Below are positions 7,049-16,777 of a stretch of 64,000 bases of DNA, one piece after another. The notes under the pieces are model-generated. The model had not been told where the DNA came from. It searched no databases and saw only the letters and a list, made by a program, of their open reading frames with translations. Position 1 is the first letter of the stretch. Every line of letters begins with the position of its first letter. The position numbers were made by a program, and so were the translations under genes. The stretch lies in IMG/VR virus record IMGVR_UViG_3300029258_003221, positions 1-64,000 of that record. One strand, written 5' to 3'.

Positions 7049-7726
7049 ATGTGTGAACCGCATCACAGCATTGTGCAATATCCAGACAATGACGATCATG
7101 GCCCTACCAAATCCCGGTTGGACGCTGCTGTGAAAGGTCTGCTGGATCAGGGGAAGAGAATTCTCCGTTGGTTTCATTTTTCTAAAATGGGTTCTGGCCA
7201 CGCCGGTGCTACTGGATTTGGTCGCACTCAAATGAGACACTTGCCAAATCCGACTTCCTATGAAGCCATGTGGTGGAACAGGACAGTCAAGCGTGATGGC
7301 GAGTTTCGTGGAGAGTCATTCGACATAGCGGATGCTCTGGAATGTGCTGAGGAATATGCCAATAGGACTTCGATTGGTGACCTTACTCAGCTTCGACGTT
7401 TCCTAGAGGTTTCAATGCAACAAACAAACCAACATCAAGGCTATGTCCGACAGTTTGTTGATGGAATGCTCAACAAAGAAGGGAGGGATAGTTTCCGAAA
7501 GCGTGCGAAAAAAGCATTGGGTTTGGATTTGGCAAACTATTACGGCATGTCAAATACTGGCTTTTTCAGATCGCTTACAAATGATGCTCGTAAACGAAAC
7601 AGCCTAACGAAGTTCATGCTGGGCTACACTCGCAAACGTGGGTTGCTGGTCCCGGAATGGGCTGACGATGCATCACTTTGGACCCCACCCGGCCAGAAGG
7701 GTTTGGAGGCGGCTCCAGTCCAGTAA
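7049..7726 (+). CDS. Hypothetical protein
   Basis: ORF track; promoter and RBS upstream. Confidence 0.65.
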   Translation: MCEPHHSIVQYPDNDDHGPTKSRLDAAVKGLLDQGKRILRWFHFSKMGSGHAGATGFGRTQMRHLPNPTSYEAMWWNRTVKRDGEFRGESFDIADALECAEEYANRTSIGDLTQLRRFLEVSMQQTNQHQGYVRQFVDGMLNKEGRDSFRKRAKKALGLDLANYYGMSNTGFFRSLTNDARKRNSLTKFMLGYTRKRGLLVPEWADDASLWTPPGQKGLEAAPVQ

Positions 7727-8071
7727 GCTTGTTTTGCACAAGTGAATTCCAGTCATGTGTGTAAGATGAGACTTAGGACAATCTGGTTACCCAAAATTAT
7801 ACTTAAAAATTAACATTTAGATTTTAGATTATGCAGAGGGCTATCAAATCGTCAAACGATTATGACCCGGCCAGAGAAAGGGTTCGAGGACCAACCTCGG
7901 TTTCAATTTGAAAACACTTACAGCGTAGACAAAAAACAAGATTTGATCACCTTCTGGAATAAGGTTTGATGATCTTCTTTTGTTAAATCTGATTTGTTTT
8001 CGCCGAAACAATCTGGTAAGCCCGTCCCAGAATTAAAAAAATAAAAAGTACAAAAAATCCAAAAGGAAAAG

Positions 8072-8105
8072 AAGAAGGGGGCACTTTGCTCCCTTCTTTT
8101 TTTGG
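8072..8105 (+). terminator. Rho-independent terminator
   Basis: agaagggggca-ctt-tgctcccttct followed by a T-run. Confidence 0.65.
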
Positions 8106-8156
8106 ATTTCACTCAAGTTTCAACAACCCCGTATCGATAATGAAAGGACAATTACC

Positions 8157-8624
8157 ATGACAGATACAGAGGTTACAATGAAAACTATTGACACAACAAA
8201 AATTGAAAAAGGTCACCTGATGGCCTTTGTTTACTACACCAAAGTGACAGATGTCAAAGATAATGGCTCCAGACTTGAAGTTGCTGATCTTGACAATAAC
8301 GAAGAGCCAATGTACGTGACAGGGCAACATCTTGTTGAACGTTCGTATTCAGCAGATTTGTATCAAGAAGAAGTCAAAGAAAACAAAACAAAGGTTGCTG
8401 AGATTTTAACCAAATCTGCGGGAAAACCATTTACTGTTTGTTTTGACAAACAAGATGGCGAAGAAAGAGTCCTTAGAGGCCGCATTATTACACCCGAGCC
8501 TTTTCTGGGTCGATCTAAGGTTGAAGATCTTGATGTTGACCCAAGCCAGCACCGATTTCGTCAAGTTGACCACAGAACACTTCATTGGTTGATCTTGGAT
8601 GGCATCAAATACGTCGTGAAATAA
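8157..8624 (+). CDS. Hypothetical phage protein (SH3/WYL-like barrel)
   Basis: FTVCFDKQDGEERVLRG motif; AAAGGA RBS. Confidence 0.55.
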   Translation: MTDTEVTMKTIDTTKIEKGHLMAFVYYTKVTDVKDNGSRLEVADLDNNEEPMYVTGQHLVERSYSADLYQEEVKENKTKVAEILTKSAGKPFTVCFDKQDGEERVLRGRIITPEPFLGRSKVEDLDVDPSQHRFRQVDHRTLHWLILDGIKYVVK

Positions 8625-8776
8625 TCCATGTTTTTGTCCACATTTACAGATGGACATTTGTGAACTACCCCGCCGCTAAAGACGGCGGGGCTTCTGACCC
8701 AGACAGTTGCCCACTCAATGCAGGTCTTGCACCATGACGATCAGCTATCTCCGTAGTTCCTACGGTTCTGTTTTTC

Positions 8777-8977
8777 TCATGTAGTCCTTGTCGCAAAATG
8801 CAAATGGTCATTACGAATGTTTGCAATTCTTAGGTCAAATTTGGCTAATGCTCGGCGAGCTTTTTCTCTTCCGTTGCTTCCCTTTTGTCTTCTGGAAAGA
8901 GCTTTCGCTAACACTCGCCGTTTCTTTTCACTATTCCTATAAGGTCTGATATTGGGAAACACCTTGCCATCACTACA
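8777..8977 (-). pseudogene. tnpB: tnpB internal fragment
   Basis: CSDGKVFPN...KALSRRQKGSNGREKARRALAK...IANIRNDHLH. Confidence 0.85.
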
Positions 8978-9028
8978 GGGGATGTTAGCACTGAGATCAT
9001 TAAGCGATACATTGAAGAACAGGGGTGA
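8969..9028 (+). pseudogene. tnpA: IS200-type (Y1) tnpA C-terminal fragment
   Basis: ITTGDVSTEIIKRYIEEQG* matches the Y1 transposase C-terminus (catalytic Tyr helix). Confidence 0.75.
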
Positions 9029-9131
9029 GTATTATTTTGAGCATTGCTTATAGGGCGGCTCTCATCCCGCTACCCTAAAGAGGCAAGCGGCGTTGCCGTA
9101 GGGGTTTTCCCGCCGCCAATGGATAAATCCC

Positions 9132-9170
9132 AAAAAATGTGAGCGTTTTCGAACGCTCACATTTTTTTTT
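9132..9170 (+). terminator. Bidirectional terminator
   Basis: aatgtgagcgtt-ttcg-aacgctcacatt followed by a T-run. Confidence 0.9.
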
Positions 9171-9175
9171 GTAGC

Positions 9176-9421
9176 ATGTTCATATCTAGGGTAATGACAA
9201 ACCATTGGGTCAACATAGGAAGGTTCATTTCCATCATCAATAAAATCCATGTTCTTGACTACAAAGTATCAAGAAAAGGGATGATGTATTTGTACGAAGA
9301 ATACACAAGATGGAACAGGGGTGATAATTTAGATAAAGTTGATCATTGGTATGGAAGTTTGTTGAAAATCAACGATGGAGAAAAGCTCAAAAGAAATTTG
9401 CGACGAGTTTTAACCATGTAA
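9176..9421 (+). CDS. Hypothetical protein
   Basis: ORF track. Confidence 0.5.
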   Translation: MFISRVMTNHWVNIGRFISIINKIHVLDYKVSRKGMMYLYEEYTRWNRGDNLDKVDHWYGSLLKINDGEKLKRNLRRVLTM

Positions 9422-9520
9422 AATTCCAGTCAACTTTATTTTAACCTTCTGGCAAAGGAGTCAGATTGGTAAGGATTTCAATACCTCAAACAAAAACACA
9501 AAGTGTTTTAAGTAGGAAAA

Positions 9521-9868
9521 ATGGCATATAGACGATCAAGAAAAAAGGTCATCATTAGAGAAGTGCCTGAGAAAATCATCGTTAAAGAAGTTCCTATCCT
9601 TGGAAGACATCGTCAAACAGGCGTGTTGCATCTCAATAAAGGAACACATTCAATTAACGTAGAAACAAAACATAAGCCGGAAAAAGTCTGGGTTTCTTTC
9701 AAAGAAGCAGAAGGCATTCCTGTTTGTCATGGTGACATTGATCGAGTAGGTGTAACTATTACGCCTGATGGATTCATTGTCGATGCTCACATTAACTCAG
9801 ATACACGATCAATAGAATGGCTATCATCACATCAACCTCCAAGACGCCGAAGACGACGACGCAGATAA
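9521..9868 (+). CDS. Hypothetical protein with an Arg-rich C-terminus
   Basis: ORF track; AGGA RBS; ends PPRRRRRRR. Confidence 0.6.
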   Translation: MAYRRSRKKVIIREVPEKIIVKEVPILGRHRQTGVLHLNKGTHSINVETKHKPEKVWVSFKEAEGIPVCHGDIDRVGVTITPDGFIVDAHINSDTRSIEWLSSHQPPRRRRRRRR

Positions 9869-10821
9869 TTGGATGGTATGGAAGAAAGAATATTGGAGAT
9901 GAGAGTTACAAGCTCTCATTTCCAATATGCTTTCCCAATTCAAACATTATCTTTGGTGGTGAATTTGAAAGCACCGATGCTTGCATCCTTGGTGGCGGGG
10001 ATATTTTGAATGATCATTATATTCAAAAATTATTAGACCACCCAGCTCCCAAGAAATACACGATTTCTACAGCAGTAAACGCCAACACGCCTTTTTCCAA
10101 GCTTAAACAACTTGATGGTGTTTATGTAAGGGATCTTCGCTCTATCGATCTCTTAAATTCACATTCTGTACCTTGCAGGTACATTCCCGATGTCTCTTTG
10201 ACATTAGAACCAAATAGAAAAAAGGGCCGTGAATATATTGAAAAAACATTTCACGGACATGATTTGTATGATCGAGTCATAGGCGTTGTATTGAATTGTC
10301 ACTTGTTTCAATCAAAGCCTCCTGATTTACTGACAAGGGATTTCATTACTTTTTGGAAAGTGATTTATGACCTTGTTTCAGTCATAGATAATACATCAGC
10401 AAGTTTTGTCTTTTTTCCAATGTGCACTGGCCTTCCTTATGATGATCGAGTCACAAATTCTATTTTGGCTAGTCGTTGCAAATTCTGGAAGAAAAATGCT
10501 GTTGTGTATGATGAACTCGATGTTCAGGATACCTTGAATCTAATTTCAGCTTGTGATGCTGTAATTAGTACGAGATTGCATTCAAGTATTTTTTGCTTGG
10601 CGTCTTCAGTGCCAAGTGTTGATTTGATTCATCACGATAAAAGCAAATGTTTCTTAGAGTCAGTAGGTCTTATTGAAAATTCAGTTTCTTATTGGAACAT
10701 GGACGTTTCAGTTGTAAAAAACATGTTAAACAACCTTCCTGACAAAGGTTCGCTTGACGAAAAACGGTATGAACAACTTTGTATTTTAGGCGAGGAAATT
10801 AAACATGTATCTCTCAGTTGA
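9817..10821 (+). CDS. Polysaccharide pyruvyl transferase family protein
   Basis: GWYGRKNIGDE, ILGGGDIL, YVRDLRS, IPDVSL, ISTRLHSSI. Confidence 0.85.
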   Translation: MAIITSTSKTPKTTTQIIGWYGRKNIGDESYKLSFPICFPNSNIIFGGEFESTDACILGGGDILNDHYIQKLLDHPAPKKYTISTAVNANTPFSKLKQLDGVYVRDLRSIDLLNSHSVPCRYIPDVSLTLEPNRKKGREYIEKTFHGHDLYDRVIGVVLNCHLFQSKPPDLLTRDFITFWKVIYDLVSVIDNTSASFVFFPMCTGLPYDDRVTNSILASRCKFWKKNAVVYDELDVQDTLNLISACDAVISTRLHSSIFCLASSVPSVDLIHHDKSKCFLESVGLIENSVSYWNMDVSVVKNMLNNLPDKGSLDEKRYEQLCILGEEIKHVSLS

Positions 10822-12085
10822 CAAACACAATTTCATTAGATTGGTATCAGAAACTCCAATTCGATCTAAAGATACGACAATTATTCAAACAGATGAAGTT
10901 GATCACAGTGTGCTCGGCAACAAAATTACATTTGATAAAAAGCCTGATTTGAGCAATTTGAAATTGGCAATTATTTGTAATTGGGGAGACCAATGTGGAA
11001 TTGCCACTTATACTAAACTTTTAGTTGATTCAATTCGCCCGAAAGTTAAAGAAGTTAGAATATTTGCAGAATATGTTGATGGTGCAGAGGAAGAAGAAGG
11101 CGTTGTTAGATGTTGGAGACGTGGCGAAAGTATGGCATCTGCGATAGAGCAAATAAAACACTGGAAGCCAGATATTATTCACATTCAACATGAATATGGA
11201 ATTTTCCCTAAAGCTACACATATGTTGAAAATGCTGGAAATGCTGGACGACATTCCCTACGTGCTTACAGCTCATGCTGTTTACCAACATTTAGATAAAA
11301 CGGTCTGCACAGCTTATGTGAAAAATATGATTGTTCATTCAAATGAAGCTAATGAAGTTTTGAATGATTTAGGTCATAGAAATAAAGTTTATGTGATTCA
11401 TCATGGATGTGTGGAATACCCAGACAGTTCTGAACTTTGGAACATTTTTCACAATGATCACACTGTGATTCAATTCGGATTTGGATTTGGCTACAAAGGT
11501 GTGGATCAGGCAATTGAAGCAGTTAAACATATTGTTGATACAAAAGCTCATCTTAAAGACGTTTTTTATTGTTATTTATGCAGTGAAAACACTCACACTA
11601 AAGCAACTCATCAAGAGTATTTGAACTATTTAAAAGACAAAATAGAAGCAGAAAAATTAAACGAAAACATCGTTATTTTGCGAGGCTTCCAGTCAGAGGA
11701 AATACTTGGAAATTTCCTGAGAACAGCCAAGTTGGCTATTTTTCCTTACAAAACAGATGAAAACAACATTGTTTATGGGGCATCAGGGGCTGTCCGTAAC
11801 GCTATGGCAAATGGAATTCCTGTTATTGCCAGTGATTCTCATTTGTTTGATGACCTTGATGGCATTGTGCCAAGAGTGCACAATGCTAAAGATCTAGCCG
11901 ATGAAATATCTAAGGTTTTTGAAAATGATGATTATCGAATGTCACTGAAGGCTAAGAATTTACAGTACGTTAAAGACAATAATTGGGAAATGACTGCCGA
12001 TAAACACATATCTGTTTATGACGATGTTTTAAGTCAATTTGAAACAGGAATTGTCAGGCTTAATCGCTATCAGGTGGTAGACTAA
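10805..12085 (+). CDS. GT-B glycosyltransferase (GT4-like)
   Basis: CGIATYT, IIHIQHEYGIF, QFGFGFGYKGV, SGAVRNAMANGIPVIASD. Confidence 0.85.
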   Translation: MYLSVDKHNFIRLVSETPIRSKDTTIIQTDEVDHSVLGNKITFDKKPDLSNLKLAIICNWGDQCGIATYTKLLVDSIRPKVKEVRIFAEYVDGAEEEEGVVRCWRRGESMASAIEQIKHWKPDIIHIQHEYGIFPKATHMLKMLEMLDDIPYVLTAHAVYQHLDKTVCTAYVKNMIVHSNEANEVLNDLGHRNKVYVIHHGCVEYPDSSELWNIFHNDHTVIQFGFGFGYKGVDQAIEAVKHIVDTKAHLKDVFYCYLCSENTHTKATHQEYLNYLKDKIEAEKLNENIVILRGFQSEEILGNFLRTAKLAIFPYKTDENNIVYGASGAVRNAMANGIPVIASDSHLFDDLDGIVPRVHNAKDLADEISKVFENDDYRMSLKAKNLQYVKDNNWEMTADKHISVYDDVLSQFETGIVRLNRYQVVD

Positions 12086-12248
12086 TCCCGCCCCAGTTTT
12101 CCGGGTCGTGTTTTTTCATGAAATCTTTGATGTCTTGAGACACATCAAAACACACCATATCATCCCAGCTTTGTGGTAAAAATGAAATTCCATCAATCAA
12201 ATTGTTGATGATTTTTATTGCCTTTTTCAATTCTTGTTCGTTGTCCAT
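12060..12248 (-). CDS. Hypothetical protein
   Basis: ORF track. Confidence 0.45.
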   Translation of the reverse strand: MDNEQELKKAIKIINNLIDGISFLPQSWDDMVCFDVSQDIKDFMKKHDPENWGGISLPPDSD

Positions 12249-12298
12249 CCTTGGCTCCTTTTGAGCAAAGTATACTAGATACCAAAAAGGTGGTCAAT

Positions 12299-13183
12299 GT
12301 GAAATCTCTATGCTTTACAACTTATGTTTTTGGATGGTATCAAGATTACATTCCAACTTACATCTATTCAATTTTGTTGGCTTTTCCGCAACACTTTGTC
12401 AAAATCTTCGTCAAAGAAAAGTTGACTGAAAACAACAAACGAGCCTTGGATTTAGTGAAAAGACACGTTTCTGATTCATTTGAAATCATAGAAGAATTTG
12501 ATGACTTAGATCATTGCAAAATACAACATTTGCCTTCTTTGAGATTTCTCATGACACGTGATTATTTTGAGGGTTTTGATTATGTGTATTTCGGAGATGT
12601 TGATTTCATTATCTACAATGAAAATGATGACAATTTCTATGACCATTATGTTGAACACATGAAGCAAACCGGTCTCCCATTTTCTAATGAATGGAATTAT
12701 GACCGAGGCAAATTTCGAATGACAGGGCTGCACTTTATTGAAAAAGATTCCTATTTTGATGCAATGGACTCGATTATTGAAGAGACAAAAAACCCAAAAG
12801 GAAACCTTTTCAGGAAAGAATGTAGTTATGATTCGAGAACATCTCCTTCTTACGATGAAGAGATGCTTTACTATATGACAACTCGCATTTTTGATCTTAG
12901 ACCACTTGATGGATATCTTAGACCATTTCATGGCTTGCATTTTGGCACTTTTAGGTCCGGTCTATACTCATGGTTTTCTGCAAATCAATTCAGTCGAAGA
13001 ACAGGCTTAAAATCTGAAATGCTACTTAAGGATTGTTTGCCTTTGTGGTGGAGAGACAAAGAAAAAATAGACGCTGTTATGAAAAGTGAACTCTTTCAGA
13101 AATTAAATAAACTCATGTGCGAAAAAGCACAAATTACAGTAACTAAAGCGAAAAATCATGTTTTTGCTAAATTGTTTGGATGA
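12299..13183 (+). CDS. Putative GT-A glycosyltransferase, paralogue 1
   Basis: YVYFGDVDF (DxD); start refined to GTG 12299 after AAGGTGG; paralogous to 13187..14044. Confidence 0.6.
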   Translation: MKSLCFTTYVFGWYQDYIPTYIYSILLAFPQHFVKIFVKEKLTENNKRALDLVKRHVSDSFEIIEEFDDLDHCKIQHLPSLRFLMTRDYFEGFDYVYFGDVDFIIYNENDDNFYDHYVEHMKQTGLPFSNEWNYDRGKFRMTGLHFIEKDSYFDAMDSIIEETKNPKGNLFRKECSYDSRTSPSYDEEMLYYMTTRIFDLRPLDGYLRPFHGLHFGTFRSGLYSWFSANQFSRRTGLKSEMLLKDCLPLWWRDKEKIDAVMKSELFQKLNKLMCEKAQITVTKAKNHVFAKLFG

Positions 13184-13186
13184 TCA

Positions 13187-14044
13187 ATGAAACTTTGTTT
13201 TACAACTTATGTTTTTGGATGGTATCAAGATTACATTCCAACTTACATCTATTCAATTCTTCATGCTTTTCCACAACACTTTGTCAAAATATTTGTTAAA
13301 GAAAAACTCACTGAAAACAACAAACAAGCATTGGATTTGGTCAAAAAACAAATCTCTAATTCATTTGAAATCATAGAGGAATTTGATGATTTAGATCATT
13401 GCGGAATCCCCCATTTACCAGCAATCAGATTCCTGCTGACACGTGATTATTTTGAAGAGTTTGATTATGTGTATTTCGGAGATGTTGATTTTGTCATTTA
13501 CAATCAATGGAATGATTCATTTGCAGATCGTTATGTTGAACACATGAAGCACACTGGCCTCCCGTTTTCTAATGAATGGAATTACGATTATGGGAAGTAT
13601 CGAATGACAGGACTGCATTTTATTCAAAAAGATTTTTACTTTGATGTCATGGACCCATTCATCGAAGAAATGAAAATTCCAAATGGAAACTTCTTCAGGA
13701 AACAATGTCGCCACAACCCCAAATGGCCATCATATGATGAAGAAATGCTTTTCAATATGGCCGTGCGTGCTTTTGATATTAGACCTCTTGATGGTTATCG
13801 AAGACCATTCCATGGCCTGCATTTTGGCACCTTGAGAATTCTTGATGTTGGTGATTCCTTTGTTGAAAATAAAGCACAGGAATCAGATGGCAGAAATTAC
13901 TTACAAGAGTGGCGAAATGAACCTAAAATACACAACATACTTCTAAGTCCTCTTTTTAAAGACTTAAATAAGCTCATGGGCAAAAAAGCACACGAAACAA
14001 TTTTTAAGACACAAACTGCTCTCTACAGAAAGATGTTTGCTTAG
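13187..14044 (+). CDS. Putative GT-A glycosyltransferase, paralogue 2
   Basis: YVYFGDVDF, RMTGLHF, YDEEML, PFHGLHFGT shared with paralogue 1. Confidence 0.6.
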   Translation: MKLCFTTYVFGWYQDYIPTYIYSILHAFPQHFVKIFVKEKLTENNKQALDLVKKQISNSFEIIEEFDDLDHCGIPHLPAIRFLLTRDYFEEFDYVYFGDVDFVIYNQWNDSFADRYVEHMKHTGLPFSNEWNYDYGKYRMTGLHFIQKDFYFDVMDPFIEEMKIPNGNFFRKQCRHNPKWPSYDEEMLFNMAVRAFDIRPLDGYRRPFHGLHFGTLRILDVGDSFVENKAQESDGRNYLQEWRNEPKIHNILLSPLFKDLNKLMGKKAHETIFKTQTALYRKMFA

Positions 14045-14589
14045 AGCAATTTCATGTTAATGTTTCCTCTAATTACCATTTCTCCACGAACATTCTGAAT
14101 ATGTTCATCACAAATTTCTTTTTGGCTTTCGTAAATGTCCACTAAAGCTACTTTTTCCTTCCAAACATCTTCTGGTAAATCCGGGCCATCAAAACAAAAT
14201 GTCCAAAGTTTATCCGAAGGTACAAGTTCACGCATTAGTTCGTTGATTTGCTTGTGATGGAGATGTCCGTATTCTCCATCTTCGTTGTGAGTGACGATTT
14301 TTGACCAATTTCTTTCATTGATGACACGTCTCAAATCTTCTCTTAATACATTGAAATCTAAAGGCGTAAAACGTTCATCGTGATAATCCCAAACTTCAAA
14401 TCTTGAATTGGTCACAAACATTACTTGCTGAAATTCGCCTTTGCGAATGGGATTTCGACCATTGGTAACACACACAACTTTCCAACCCGGTTCTGTTATT
14501 AACTGTGCTCCACCAAATAAAGATTCATCATCTGGGTGGGCTACGACCATAAGTTTATCAGGATCAGTGTTGACAGAAATTTCGCTCAT
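14041..14589 (-). CDS. PIG-L/LmbE family N-deacetylase
   Basis: VVAHPDDESLFGG and THNEDGEYGHLHH. Confidence 0.9.
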   Translation of the reverse strand: MSEISVNTDPDKLMVVAHPDDESLFGGAQLITEPGWKVVCVTNGRNPIRKGEFQQVMFVTNSRFEVWDYHDERFTPLDFNVLREDLRRVINERNWSKIVTHNEDGEYGHLHHKQINELMRELVPSDKLWTFCFDGPDLPEDVWKEKVALVDIYESQKEICDEHIQNVRGEMVIRGNINMKLL

Positions 14590-14674
14590 AGACTAATATA
14601 GTAGTGACCGGATTCAAGTGAAACGGTCATTCAACTGGATGCTAAACAACAGTTTCAAAAAAAGGAGGATTCAA

Positions 14675-15166
14675 ATGAACCTTATGCGTAGACGATCCAG
14701 CTTTCCACGTGACGATTTTTTCTTCCCCATTCAACAACACTTTGACAAAGTCTTCGAGGATTTTCTTAAAGATTTCAGCGTAGACAGCATCAAAGCAACA
14801 GGCAATTATCCTAAGATGGATATTTTGACTGAGGAAAATGATTGGGTGATTAAGGCCGCTATTCCGGGGACAAAATCCGAAGACATAGAAGTGGAATTTA
14901 TCCCTAACCCTGTCCATCATGGGCCTTCAAGTCTTGTAATTAGCGGAAAAATGTCAGAAGAACATCGATCCCCTGAAGATGCAGATTACTTCCTGCGAGA
15001 GTTGAAGAAATCCTCTTTCCGAAGAGAGATTGTTCTTCCTAAATGGATTAAAACCGATCCTAATGCGTCTTTTAAAGATGGGATTCTAAGGCTATCTTGG
15101 CCACTTCCAGAAGAAGTGACAGTAGAAGAACCAAAGGCAAGACGCATTGAAGTAAAAGATCAATAA
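14675..15166 (+). CDS. Small heat-shock protein Hsp20
   Basis: YPKMDI...IKAAIPGTKSEDIEV...FRREIVLP...ASFKDGILRL; AGGAGG RBS. Confidence 0.92.
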   Translation: MNLMRRRSSFPRDDFFFPIQQHFDKVFEDFLKDFSVDSIKATGNYPKMDILTEENDWVIKAAIPGTKSEDIEVEFIPNPVHHGPSSLVISGKMSEEHRSPEDADYFLRELKKSSFRREIVLPKWIKTDPNASFKDGILRLSWPLPEEVTVEEPKARRIEVKDQ

Positions 15167-15196
15167 GATCAATAAGATTGATTTTGATGTTAAAAA

Positions 15197-15226
15197 TAAC
15201 TGGGAGATCATTGGTCTCCCAGTTTT
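15197..15226 (+). terminator. Rho-independent terminator
   Basis: aactgggaga/tctcccagtt stem followed by Ts. Confidence 0.75.
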
Positions 15227-15245
15227 CAATTTGAAAGGAACACGG

Positions 15246-15740
15246 ATGTTTGATGAAAAATGGGACATGAGATTCATGCGGATGGCTAAGATGGTCTCTG
15301 AGTGGTCCAAAGACCCCTCGACGCAATGCGGTGCTGTCTTGGTAGATTCCAACAAAAGGCTTATCAGCGTTGGTTACAATGGGTTTGCACAAAACGTTGA
15401 AGACACCTCTGAAAGGTATGCTGATCGTTATGGCACCAAATACAAGATTGTCATTCATGCTGAGGTGAACGCTGTTCTTTTTGCAGACAGCTATCGTTTG
15501 CAGGGTAGCTGCCTTTACACATGGCCCTTCCAGTCATGTGCAGCATGTGCTGGCAAAATGATCCAAGTTGGTGTGAAAAGAGTTGTTTCAAAAGAGCCAG
15601 AGCATATTGACCTCACAAACGCCAATGATCCCAATCGATGGGAACGTGATTTTGTTCTATCTAAAGAGCAATTTACCGAATCAGGCGTTGAGATGAAATT
15701 CTACCCCAAAGAAATGTTTGAAGGCCAATTCTGGTGTTGA
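15246..15740 (+). CDS. dCMP deaminase
   Basis: SKDPSTQCGA, GYNG, HAEVNA, PFQSCAAC. Confidence 0.92.
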   Translation: MFDEKWDMRFMRMAKMVSEWSKDPSTQCGAVLVDSNKRLISVGYNGFAQNVEDTSERYADRYGTKYKIVIHAEVNAVLFADSYRLQGSCLYTWPFQSCAACAGKMIQVGVKRVVSKEPEHIDLTNANDPNRWERDFVLSKEQFTESGVEMKFYPKEMFEGQFWC

Positions 15741-16525
15741 AAATCGGTGTTTTCTCAGGGTCATTTGATCCACCGACAAAAGGACATGAGTGGATCATTG
15801 AAACAGCTCATGGTTTGTTTGATGAATTTTATGTTCTTGTTGGATATCATCCGAGAAAAACGCATCGACATGACACAGAAACTCGTTTAATGATGCTCAG
15901 AGACATTGCTCCTGAAGGAGTCTTTGTTGATTCATTGGGTAAGCAAAGTATTCGGAAGTACTTGAAAGATTTATCCGACAGAAAAAATGCTGAAATCACT
16001 TTGGTGAGAGGGATTCGAAATAAGACAGATTTTGAATACGAAAAAAACATCAATCATTATCATTCCAGTAAACCAGATTTGTTCCTGAAACAAATTTACC
16101 TGATTCCACCACCTCATTTGGAGAACATCAGTTCATCTCAAATTCGAGAGAAGGAAGTTGTTTACAAAGACACACTTCAAATGAAAAAGGCAAGGAAATA
16201 CTACAAATTGTGCCTTGATGCAGGTATAATTCAACACCCAACCACAATCACAGGTGATCAGGTCAGAAAAACACTTGATCCATACCCTTTCGATGTTGTT
16301 TCCTCTGAAATTTTCACTTTGATGAGGGTTGATCTTTACAAACTGCAAGTAAATGGAGATCGTTACCAGCCTTGTAGTGCCTCAACAGGCCCAGTTATGG
16401 TGGATTTGTTCCCAAATGGACCCACAGCTATTGAAGGCAAACATCGTGTTCTTGATGCACGAAAAAGAGGGGAAAAGGATATCCTGTGTTATGTGGGCGA
16501 TTTGGTGATTGAAAAATTGTCTTAA
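15734..16525 (+). CDS. CoaD-like nucleotidyltransferase fused to a ParB/Srx-like C-terminal domain
   Basis: GSFDPPTKGH, LVRGIRNKTDFEYE, ISSSQIRE; C-terminus AIEGKHRVLDARKRGEKDI. Confidence 0.75.
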   Translation: MLKIGVFSGSFDPPTKGHEWIIETAHGLFDEFYVLVGYHPRKTHRHDTETRLMMLRDIAPEGVFVDSLGKQSIRKYLKDLSDRKNAEITLVRGIRNKTDFEYEKNINHYHSSKPDLFLKQIYLIPPPHLENISSSQIREKEVVYKDTLQMKKARKYYKLCLDAGIIQHPTTITGDQVRKTLDPYPFDVVSSEIFTLMRVDLYKLQVNGDRYQPCSASTGPVMVDLFPNGPTAIEGKHRVLDARKRGEKDILCYVGDLVIEKLS

Positions 16526-16537
16526 GGAGCTTCAGGC

Positions 16538-16777
16538 GTGAATCCTTGGTTAAAAAGATCAGTTACTACACCACACAAATTACCGATTCGTATAAAAAAA
16601 GGATATGGAAGTTCTTGTCCACATTGTGGAGAAGAAGAAATAACAAATTCAATCCACAAAAGATTGACTTACAAATGCGGTTATTCCTCTGATGGCAATA
16701 AAGTTGTAATGACTCATTGTTTGGGTGATCATTTCACAAAACATTACGAAGTTGAAGAAGTCGAAACTTTCACATGA
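16538..16777 (+). CDS. Small Zn-ribbon protein
   Basis: CPHC...YKCG. Confidence 0.5.
   Translation: MNPWLKRSVTTPHKLPIRIKKGYGSSCPHCGEEEITNSIHKRLTYKCGYSSDGNKVVMTHCLGDHFTKHYEVEEVETFT

Larger units (their letters stand above)
8660..9122 (-). mobile_element. Miniature non-autonomous IS605-type element (463 bp)
   Basis: Right end GAAGCCCCGCCGTCTTTAGCGGCGGGGTAGTTCAC (minus strand, ends 8660); left end follows a TTAT target (9126-9123) and has a hairpin; internal fragments of divergent tnpA and tnpB. Confidence 0.85.

Noticed and set aside
7900-7915. GTTTCAATTTGAAAAC resembles a CRISPR repeat
   Set aside because: Single copy; no array or cas genes seen
7730-8150. ncRNA or small ORF in the long intergenic gap
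   Set aside because: Only a 35-codon ORF without an RBS and weak hairpins; nothing supportable beyond the terminator
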